Sequence record: MK308676.1
Strand: one strand, 5' to 3'
DNA: 64,000 bases
Positions 49,283 to 58,200 of the stretch are shown here, in pieces. How positions within the stretch are numbered: the stretch's first letter is position 1; the number at the start of each line of letters is the position of its first letter. A model generated the notes under the pieces. It made no database searches. It worked only from the letters and a program-made list of their open reading frames with translations, and was not told the origin of the DNA. A program made the translations under genes and the position numbers.

Positions 49283-52200
49283 ATGCTTCTACCAAACATT
49301 GACGGTGGGGTTGTTAGTAAAGCAAGGGGCGATATCAATGTCGCCCCTCCTCTTTACGACCCGGAAGGCTCAATATTCCTAGATGGCCGCGACGGCGAAG
49401 GCGGCATGTTACAGTTCCGCCCGGAAACTCCATCGGACTCTACGAAATGGTGTTATTCTATCTGGATAAAGAATGGTGGGTTCAGCTACAGTGACCGGCA
49501 CTTCACGCTGCTTGGCGCTGTAAACCAGAACGGTATTCCGTCGGCACTTAACACTTCTCGGCTTGACGACAACATGGCATATATAGCCATCGACGATTCG
49601 AGCACCTTTAAGTTAAGTAATATTACGAATAACGCAACTATTGACACCTACACTCTCCCGATTAAATTTAAAGACTCGGCCGACTGGCAGCATTTGTTTG
49701 TTCGTTTTGACACCACTCGCGACATACTAGAACTGTTCGTCAATGGGGTTTTCGCAGGCGATGTCGTCGTGGCTAAAGATATCTTGAGGTTCGGCGATAC
49801 TTCCCACTATCACTACATCGGAGCAGATTCGTATTCTCGTACTCGAGATGCCTATTTTACAGACCCAGCACTTATCTTCGGGGAGGGGCAGCTGGATGTT
49901 AATGATTTTGGTTACACTGACGAACACGGCGTGTGGCGTCCGAAGGACCTAACGCAATCTTTACCGAAAAGTATTTGGAAAGGGAGCTCTTTTTACCTAC
50001 AGCCGGGTAAAACGCCTAGGTTTACCGAAGAGGCCGAAGGCGGCATCGCGCATGGTCACAAATATCAACGTGGTTTCCAGAGATTCAGAGTCGGCTTTGA
50101 GCCAGACATGGTTATGGTTTTCTCTACCAAGTATGGTTTTGCCGAAGGCGCCGACTTTACCTTTAAAGAGTTGCCAGAACTCTCCATCAATGCATCAAAC
50201 GAAGTGGGTGCCGTCGCGGACCCAAATGGGGTAAAATATTTCCACGATGGTTTTTCCATGGGAACTTCCGGGAACTTCCATAACGAGAACGGTTTCCCTT
50301 ACTCTTACTTGGCCTTTAAGAAAGGAGCTAAGTACGGCATCGACATCATTCATTATACGGGTGACGGCCAAGACAATCGCCGGGTCGCCCACGAGCTGGA
50401 ACAGCGCCCGCTTTCTACTTGGATTATTCCAGTCGACGTCAACGCCAACCGAACATATAACCATATCGAGTTAGGACCCAATCGCGTCATGACCCTTGAG
50501 GATGGCGAGCTAACCGCAAGCACGGGCTACATACGTAACCTGACGGACAAAGAAGTTGTGGTCAGCAACTCAGCGAACGTCAATGCCAGCGGCGTACGCT
50601 ACGCAATGATTTGTTTTGGTAATAAACAGGGCGTTATGTCCGTGGAACATCTTGTTGGTCCCGGCAATAGTCTACATTCTGGGTCCACTGAGACGCCGAT
50701 TGATTTCCACGGGCTGGTTGCATTTACTCGCCGGATGGCAGGTAGCGGTAATCGCGCACTAGACATTATTACCAACGACTCCGTGCGTTCTATTTCGAGC
50801 GCGTACGCGGTGGCCTATCCGAACAACAGTGCCAATAACCCCCAGTTCTTCAGCAGCAATCAGTTAAACTGGTTAACGACCGTCGCCGAAACAATCGGCT
50901 ATGCCGCTAGGGCAGATACGCGGTCAATCTTTAAGGCATGTAAGTCTGTAGTCAACGACGTTCAGTTAATCCCTCGTCGTATGTCGACGCATGATGCTTT
51001 GTCCGACGATAGTCCTTTCAGGAACTTAGGCGTCTGGAAAAACGCAGAGACGAATAGCACTTCGAGCTTCCACAGCGGCGGGCTTGGGGCGCACCTAGGC
51101 AATGGCGCGACGGCACAGGCCAAATGGAGCAAGTCGATACGCGGACGCTGTTACTGGGAAGTCAACGTCGAGTCCTCAGGCAGCGGCTACTACTATTTGG
51201 TCGGCTTAACGGGCAACCCGGGCTACACTTCGGCTGCTTACATCGACTGGTCGTACTATGTCGTTTATTACGCTAATAATGGAACAATACTCAGTTCTCC
51301 TCCAGGCACTGGCGGTGAGCAATTAGGGACGACAACCGGCGGCGGTCATAGACATATTTACAGTATGTTGTGGGACCCGGAAATACGTACGCTTAAAATG
51401 TATCGTGACGGAAGCCTTCTTTTCGAACAAGACATGAGTGCTTATGATTTACCGGACTCGATATATCCGTACATACGCCACGCCTCGGGAGCACAATCCA
51501 CAGTCTTCGCGATGAACGACGGGCGCTTCCCGTTTTTGTATCCTGAGCTTGCCGATAATGCACCTTCTCTTATGGAGGATGGCCTTAAGCCAATCGCGGA
51601 CATAAAGAACAGCCAGGTAGCTTTTAAGCCGGTTGCGTACAAAGCGGGCGATAACTCGGGCCATCTGTTCTCTTATACTGGACAGCCGGCATCCACGACA
51701 TGTAACATGTTCGAGGCAGACGGTAAACTGTATCTCTATAAGGCCAACTTCGGTGATGGTTCGACGCACCACGTCAACGATGAGCTAATTCGCATTAATG
51801 AGGACGGCTCTTTCGAAGTAGTGCTGGAAGGGCAGTACGGCAGCGCCACCTATGACACTCGCCATTTCGAGTCCAACGGCAGACATTTCCTCATTGTCTG
51901 CGACTACAATAAGGGGGCCTGGGGGAGCGCTAACACAGGTATCGGCATAATCACTTACGAGTTTCATCCTAAGACAGAAACGCTAACGACTATCTCGGTT
52001 TTACCTAACGGTGGCGTGAACAGGCTATCGCTTTACGAGTTTAACGGTGAACTGTTCTTAGCTCGTTGTGTGTGGGGCACCTCGTATGAAAACATCCGCA
52101 TTTACAAATGGCAGCCGGACCACTTAACCTGGAAGGAAGGAGGCTACGAGGCTCTTACAAATGCCACCGCGGCACAGTTCTGGGAACGTGACGGAACACT

Positions 52201-53650
52201 CTATCTGTCTTGTGCTGCTTTGATGACGGCGGGCCGTAAGAGTGCGACGTATCGAGTCGACCCGGAAACAGGGAACCTTGCTCTCGTGTTCGCAGGGCCT
52301 AACGTAAACCAAGCGCGCTCTTTGGCAGTCAATACGGCTAAAGACGGTAACACCTACATGTTGATGTCATACACGGGAACGAGCAACAAGCTCTTCAAGT
52401 GGGACCCTGTTAACGAGGACTGGATTGAGGATGTCGCGCCTGGGTCCTGGGCAAACTGCTACGGAATGAGCACCTTCAAAGAAGGAGAAGAGGTTTACTT
52501 CGCAATGGCGAATGCGGAATATACTTCCTCAAACGTACTGCATCACTTTGACCCGGTTACGAAGGGGCTGACTCCTATCGTTACGGCGGCTTCACAAAAC
52601 GCACACGATGCTCAAAGCATTAAGTATCGCGGCGTGTGGTATACGGCATTCGCGAACCACCGCACGTCGAGCAGCTATGCCCAAGGCTACATCACTGTGG
52701 TGACCTCTAAAGTTGACCCCGACACAGGAATATTGAAAGCAGGTCGCTTCATTGAGATGCCTAAGGGCGCTGACTTAATGTGGGTTAAGGACAGAACCAC
52801 ACCGGGCATTGCTCATCGTTTGTACAGTCCTAAGATGGTAGATAAGGAACTCTATCCGGGCCTAAACCTACCTGCTGGAAATTCGGCCACCGTAGACTGG
52901 CACGATGACGGCGTGTTGTTACAAGGCGGTTATACCGGACACAATACCGGCAACATTAACCACGTGGCATACTTCTGGAAAACTGGCCCTGAGTACGGCA
53001 TTGATTTCTCTTTGCAAACCTCGGGGCCGGATGGAACAACCGCGGTGACACACGAACACAATTGCGGCGACATCCCGGAAGTTTTGATGATAAAAGGACT
53101 AACGAATAACTCATCGTGGCATGTCAGGTTTGAGGATTTTGCGGATACCGATACCTTGCTCTTGGACACGAACACCGTAAGGTATACGTTGCCTGGCGCT
53201 AAGTATTGGGATAAGGCAAACTTCAATGAGAAGTCCGTATCGCTGTTCGCAGCGAATGCAATTGGTGTCAACCAAGGATTCGCAATGTTGGCTATTCGTT
53301 CCGTCCCGGGCTATTCAAAAACCGGTTTTTATTGGGGCAATGGCAACGCGTCGGGTATCGATTTTAACCTTGGATTTAAACCAGCATGGATGTTGGTCAA
53401 GATTGAAAACGTCGTCGGTAACGATTGGGTAATCTTCGATTCGTCGCGTTCACCGTTTAACAAGGACGGGATGGCGAGATTGCGAGTTAACGGTACTCAG
53501 GTTGAGGACGCAGCGGAAAATAACGACATCTTCTTTACGTCAACTGGCTTTAAGTGTGACGGTACGGGAAGTTCCATGAACCGACTGAATGCTAAGTACA
53601 CATTCATCGCGTTTGCGGAAAACCCGTTCGAACACACCAACGCTCGATAA
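49283..53650 (+). CDS. giant fibre/receptor-binding protein B: LamG + SPRY + 7 EPTP/EAR-like repeats (paralogue of A)
   Basis: KWCYSIWIK/WQHLFV LamG; RGRCYWEV SPRY; GFEPD/GFKPAW motifs; 7 repeats at about 51650-52730; ends FIAFAENPFEHTNAR. Confidence 0.7.
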   Translation: MLLPNIDGGVVSKARGDINVAPPLYDPEGSIFLDGRDGEGGMLQFRPETPSDSTKWCYSIWIKNGGFSYSDRHFTLLGAVNQNGIPSALNTSRLDDNMAYIAIDDSSTFKLSNITNNATIDTYTLPIKFKDSADWQHLFVRFDTTRDILELFVNGVFAGDVVVAKDILRFGDTSHYHYIGADSYSRTRDAYFTDPALIFGEGQLDVNDFGYTDEHGVWRPKDLTQSLPKSIWKGSSFYLQPGKTPRFTEEAEGGIAHGHKYQRGFQRFRVGFEPDMVMVFSTKYGFAEGADFTFKELPELSINASNEVGAVADPNGVKYFHDGFSMGTSGNFHNENGFPYSYLAFKKGAKYGIDIIHYTGDGQDNRRVAHELEQRPLSTWIIPVDVNANRTYNHIELGPNRVMTLEDGELTASTGYIRNLTDKEVVVSNSANVNASGVRYAMICFGNKQGVMSVEHLVGPGNSLHSGSTETPIDFHGLVAFTRRMAGSGNRALDIITNDSVRSISSAYAVAYPNNSANNPQFFSSNQLNWLTTVAETIGYAARADTRSIFKACKSVVNDVQLIPRRMSTHDALSDDSPFRNLGVWKNAETNSTSSFHSGGLGAHLGNGATAQAKWSKSIRGRCYWEVNVESSGSGYYYLVGLTGNPGYTSAAYIDWSYYVVYYANNGTILSSPPGTGGEQLGTTTGGGHRHIYSMLWDPEIRTLKMYRDGSLLFEQDMSAYDLPDSIYPYIRHASGAQSTVFAMNDGRFPFLYPELADNAPSLMEDGLKPIADIKNSQVAFKPVAYKAGDNSGHLFSYTGQPASTTCNMFEADGKLYLYKANFGDGSTHHVNDELIRINEDGSFEVVLEGQYGSATYDTRHFESNGRHFLIVCDYNKGAWGSANTGIGIITYEFHPKTETLTTISVLPNGGVNRLSLYEFNGELFLARCVWGTSYENIRIYKWQPDHLTWKEGGYEALTNATAAQFWERDGTLYLSCAALMTAGRKSATYRVDPETGNLALVFAGPNVNQARSLAVNTAKDGNTYMLMSYTGTSNKLFKWDPVNEDWIEDVAPGSWANCYGMSTFKEGEEVYFAMANAEYTSSNVLHHFDPVTKGLTPIVTAASQNAHDAQSIKYRGVWYTAFANHRTSSSYAQGYITVVTSKVDPDTGILKAGRFIEMPKGADLMWVKDRTTPGIAHRLYSPKMVDKELYPGLNLPAGNSATVDWHDDGVLLQGGYTGHNTGNINHVAYFWKTGPEYGIDFSLQTSGPDGTTAVTHEHNCGDIPEVLMIKGLTNNSSWHVRFEDFADTDTLLLDTNTVRYTLPGAKYWDKANFNEKSVSLFAANAIGVNQGFAMLAIRSVPGYSKTGFYWGNGNASGIDFNLGFKPAWMLVKIENVVGNDWVIFDSSRSPFNKDGMARLRVNGTQVEDAAENNDIFFTSTGFKCDGTGSSMNRLNAKYTFIAFAENPFEHTNAR

Positions 53651-53662
53651 GTAAAAAGAATA

Positions 53663-53702
53663 CCTCCCTAGTCTCTCGGGACTAGGGAGGGTCTTTATTT
53701 TT
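53663..53702 (+). terminator. intrinsic terminator
   Basis: CCTCCCTAGTC-TCTCGG-GACTAGGGAGG followed by a T-rich run. Confidence 0.8.
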
Positions 53703-53755
53703 TAACAAATCAAATAGTGCTATACACTTATTTCTTCTGGCCGGAGAACTATTAA

Positions 53756-54745
53756 ATGTCAATCCAAACGCTATACAAATACCAGTTCGACAAGTACGGA
53801 AATAACTCCGCTAACTTGATTCCAAATGAACCGGTGAAGTTCGATACTCCGCGTATCGTTCCTTTCGTACTGAGAGAAGGTAACTTCTATCAGAAAGACT
53901 TAACTATCCGAGATAAAGCAGACAACAGTTTATTGGTCTTAGGTACCGACTATAACCTAGTTGGCCTAGATGCTGACCTTACAGCAGAGACAGGCTTAAC
54001 TGTAGCAGGCGGTATCGAGTTAGCCGATAAAACATTCATCGGTGAATTGGAAGTTACCTATCGCTGCGTAGGTGGACCGCAAGGCGAATCGCGCGCTCTT
54101 TATCTGGAACTAATCGAAGCAATCACAAACGCAGGAACTAACCCTAGTGTTCTTTGGGAATCCATCATTGGTCGCCCTCAGCGCTTCCCGCCTGAAATCC
54201 ACTCACACTTACTGAGCGAACTGACTGAACTTGAGAAACTCTATCAGTCAATGCAGGACATGACTAATGCAATCGTCAACTCTAAGCCGATGTATGGTTC
54301 CAACCAAAACATCTTAGAACAGATTGAAGGCATCATTCAAATCCAGGCAGCGATGCAGTTAGCACTTAACCGTGTGGCTACAGGCGTAGGCTCAGTCGCG
54401 TTAATTAACCAAGTGCGTGATAATCTCGCTAACGTTCATAAGCAGTTCGATAAGACGACCAACACCGTTGGCGTTACTTGGGCAGACGTAGCAGTTATCC
54501 CTGAAGCGGACTTCAACAACGCACGCGGCGTCATCTCTATTGTTGATGCAACCGACTCCATGCAGATGGATTTCGATATTTCGTGGACTACCGCGAAAGA
54601 CCCGTCTTACACACACTATGGCCATATCGGCACAGATGAACTCATCAACGCGATGCAAGTCATTAAACAGTCAGGTAACGTTGTAGTTCAAATTCGAACC
54701 ACTAAAGACGCAACCGTCAAGACTAAATTTACTCACCTGCTTTAA
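53756..54745 (+). CDS. baseplate/fibre-attachment protein, paralogue 3
   Basis: N-terminal YQFDKYGNNSANLIPNE and WESIIGRPQRFPPEIHSH (compare WEDIVTPPTFPVTSHEH in 39613). Confidence 0.6.
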   Translation: MSIQTLYKYQFDKYGNNSANLIPNEPVKFDTPRIVPFVLREGNFYQKDLTIRDKADNSLLVLGTDYNLVGLDADLTAETGLTVAGGIELADKTFIGELEVTYRCVGGPQGESRALYLELIEAITNAGTNPSVLWESIIGRPQRFPPEIHSHLLSELTELEKLYQSMQDMTNAIVNSKPMYGSNQNILEQIEGIIQIQAAMQLALNRVATGVGSVALINQVRDNLANVHKQFDKTTNTVGVTWADVAVIPEADFNNARGVISIVDATDSMQMDFDISWTTAKDPSYTHYGHIGTDELINAMQVIKQSGNVVVQIRTTKDATVKTKFTHLL

Positions 54746-54754
54746 GGAGCACCC

Positions 54755-55201
54755 ATGAAGATTACTTTTCATTTCTTCGATAACCGCGCAATCGGTTCGC
54801 TACTTATCAAAGCACGCCTTTCCGAGCATTTCTCTCATGTGGGAATGGAGTTTGAGAACGGCGCGTTTATTCACAGCACTATGCTGCACGGCACCGTCAT
54901 GCAGAAACTTAGCGACCAGCCAACTGAGCCTCTTGCGTCGGTAACTATCGATGTAGACGAAGAAGCGTACATGGAAGCGTACGAATGGGCAGTTCATCAA
55001 GTGGGTGGCAAATACGACTACAAGGGAATCATTGGTTTCATGTTCGCTAAGAAATGGAACGATGAGAATGCGTTCTTCTGTTCTGAGCTAGGACGTAAAG
55101 TATTTGAAATCGCGACAGGGAAAATCCTGAAGTATTATAATTTGGTTACGCCCGGCGAATTACGCATGCTTGTAGCTATGCACAATCTAGACGGCAAGTA
55201 A
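54755..55201 (+). CDS. permuted papain-like NlpC/P60 enzyme (YiiX/YebB, DUF830-like)
   Basis: FSHVG (His), YDY and FFCSEL (Cys) in permuted order. Confidence 0.8.
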   Translation: MKITFHFFDNRAIGSLLIKARLSEHFSHVGMEFENGAFIHSTMLHGTVMQKLSDQPTEPLASVTIDVDEEAYMEAYEWAVHQVGGKYDYKGIIGFMFAKKWNDENAFFCSELGRKVFEIATGKILKYYNLVTPGELRMLVAMHNLDGK

Positions 55202-55217
55202 CTTAAGGGAAAAGACT

Positions 55218-58200
55218 ATGAGTAGCAAATTAATCTTTACCATGCAATATTTCCGCGGGGAGAAAAAGCGCGAATATCTCGCTGACCCTGAAACCGGACT
55301 TATTCCTGGTACTGGTGAAACGGGCGGAGGTCTAGAAGAATACGACCGCGCCAAAGCATGGGATAAAGACGACGTCGTTATTCGCGACGGCGCTATCTTC
55401 CAAGCGAACGAAGACATTCCTGCGGGCTCTTCTTTCATTGAAGGCCTTACTGGCCCGACTTGGCTTAAGTTAGGCGCAGAAGCGGTAGCGACACTTCCCG
55501 ACTACGCTGTAGGCATTCGTTATCTTAAAGACCAAGCGATTGCCCGTGGTCGAGTTATCTACCGTGCGAAGAATGACTTTACTTCTGCCGCGTGGAATCC
55601 AGCACAATGGGAAACGGTCTTCTCTGAAGACGCAGTTCGCGATAAGGTAGCGGACTTCAGTACTGCACAGTCTTACGTAACGCATGAATTAGTTGCCTAC
55701 AACGGTGACATCTATGCGGCAAACGAAGATATGGCGGCAGGGGCCTTTGACGCATCTAAATGGCAGAATCTAACTACGCCTAACGTAACATACGTCGATG
55801 ACTATGCCCCGGGCACAGTCTATACCAAAGACGCTGTAGTTATGCGCAATGGTCAATTGTTCCGTGCAACGCAACAAACTGCGACAGCATGGGATGAAGG
55901 CGATTGGCAAGCGGTTTCTTCAGTTTCTACTGTTCGTGGTTACTGGGACCTTAATGCAACCTATAAAGCAAACGAAATAGTTATCGCTAATGACCGCTTC
56001 TATCGTGCTAACGGCGATATCGGTTCAGGCACTACGTTCACTGTAGGTACTGGTACTGAAGAATGGACTGAGGTGTCGGGCCCTGTTACTCCGCCTATCA
56101 CGGCAGATGACTTTAAAGCTTCTACGCTTTATGCTAAGAATCAGGTTATTGTAGTTAACGGCATCCTTTATCGGGCTAAGGCAGAGTTCACTTCACTCTC
56201 TGCATTTAGCATCGCGGATTGGGACCCTGTCTCTTATGACCCAGAAACGGCCGTAGACGCATGGCAAGCTAATACTGACTATAAAGCAGGGCAGTTAGCC
56301 ACGTTAGTTGTAAATGGTCGTAACACGCTTTACAGAGCGCGTGCGGACATCACAGGCGGAGCGAGTTTCGTAGCGGCCGAATGGGACGACCTAACTCAAA
56401 CGTCGACCTGGCGTGCTGAGTGGGATATCTCGAACATCTATGCTAAGGACGACGTTGTGTGGCGTGCAGGGCATCTGTACATTGCCAACGATGCGGTACC
56501 TATCAACACTGCATGGGTAGAAGGCATCACCGGCGCTACGTGGGCTCGTTTGTTGGCCGAACCAGTATCTAAGATTTCTGTTTGGGCAGCAACAACTTCT
56601 TATCAGAAAGATGAACTTCTAGCTTATGATGGCAACATCTATCGCGTGGAAGCCCCTTTCGTTTCTGGCGCGGCATTTACAAGCGGTGGCCTAGAACTGC
56701 TCACTGCCGGTAAGTATACTAAGATTCCTGCATTCCGTGGCTCTAACGCTTACGTCCAAGACGAGACGATTGCCGAAGGCGGAATCCTTTACCGCGCTAA
56801 AGCGGACTTTACGTCAGCTACAAACTTCAATGAAGCAGACTGGGAAGTTATCGCGGACATCGCGACAAACATCCTGTACGACTTCAGTATCACAGAAGAC
56901 TATGTAGAAAATGAAATCGTTTTCCACTTAGACTCCATCTGGCGTGCTAAAGGCGACCTTGCTCCTGGGGCTTGGGACGAGTCCGATTGGGAATTCGTTT
57001 CTGAATACTCAACCTTTAAAGGTCAGCACGTCCAGGCACGTGACTACAAGCAAGACGACGTGGTAATCCACAACAACCGATTATATCGAGCAAACTCGAA
57101 TATTGCGGGCGGCACTGCTTTCTTGGCAGGTAGCGGAGGTAACCAATGGACTGAGGTTTCCCCTCCAGGAAATCCTTCTGCTCCGGACTGGGCAAGCTCA
57201 ACGGCATATGTTCAGCACAACTTGGTCATTCACGGTGGCGTCCTTTACCGCTGTAAGACAGACCATACTTCAGGAAGTAGCTTCCTCGCTTCTCAGTGGG
57301 AGACATTGAAAGCAGAAGCGGCTACCTTGGCTTCGACTTACCAGAATGGCCAAGAATATGTCCTTGACCAACTGATTGAATACAACGGCATTCTTTACCG
57401 CTGTATCGAAGCGATGCTAAGTTCACCTGTAACGTTCGAGCCAGACAAATGGCAAGGCGTATCGGTTTCTTATATCCGCATCTCTGCGCATAGTGCTTCA
57501 GCCGTTTATCGTGAAGGCGAATTGATTTGGCACGTGAATCGCTTGTATCGTGCTAAGGCAGGCATTAACCCAGGTCGTGCTTTCTCGCTTAACGATTGGG
57601 CTATCTCTGAAGATACCAACTACGTGAGCGAATATGCGGAGAATGAAGACTACCGCCTAGGCCAACTTATCCGTTCAGGTGTTGACTTATATATCGCAAA
57701 CGAAGCTATTACCGGTGCTCCTGCTGTACTTGACGAAACTAAGTGGAACCGCGTAGGTTACCGCCCAACCGTTCAAGGCGCGCATGACGATACTCTTGCG
57801 TATAAGCAAGGGGACATTGTTCTTAAGGAAGGTACTTGGTACGAAGCTAACGCGGACATCGCGGCTAACGTGGCCCTGTCTGAAGGTACTACTGGCGCCA
57901 CATGGAAACGTGTAACCGACAGCATGACCATCAAGGCACATGCGGCAGACGCAATCTTCTTCCCTGGTCAGCTCTGTCTACATGAAGAGCGCGTTTACAC
58001 AGCGAAGGAATTCCTAACGGTAGACAGCTCTAATACGTTCCAGTCTATCAAGTGGGAGAAGCTAGGTTCGTTTGTTACTCTAGCGGAAGACTACCAAGAC
58101 AACATCGAATACAAGAAAGACCAAATCATCTTCCATCTGAGCGTTCTTTACCGCCGCATTGCGACGGGCACCGATACGACTTGGACGGCAGCAAATTGGC

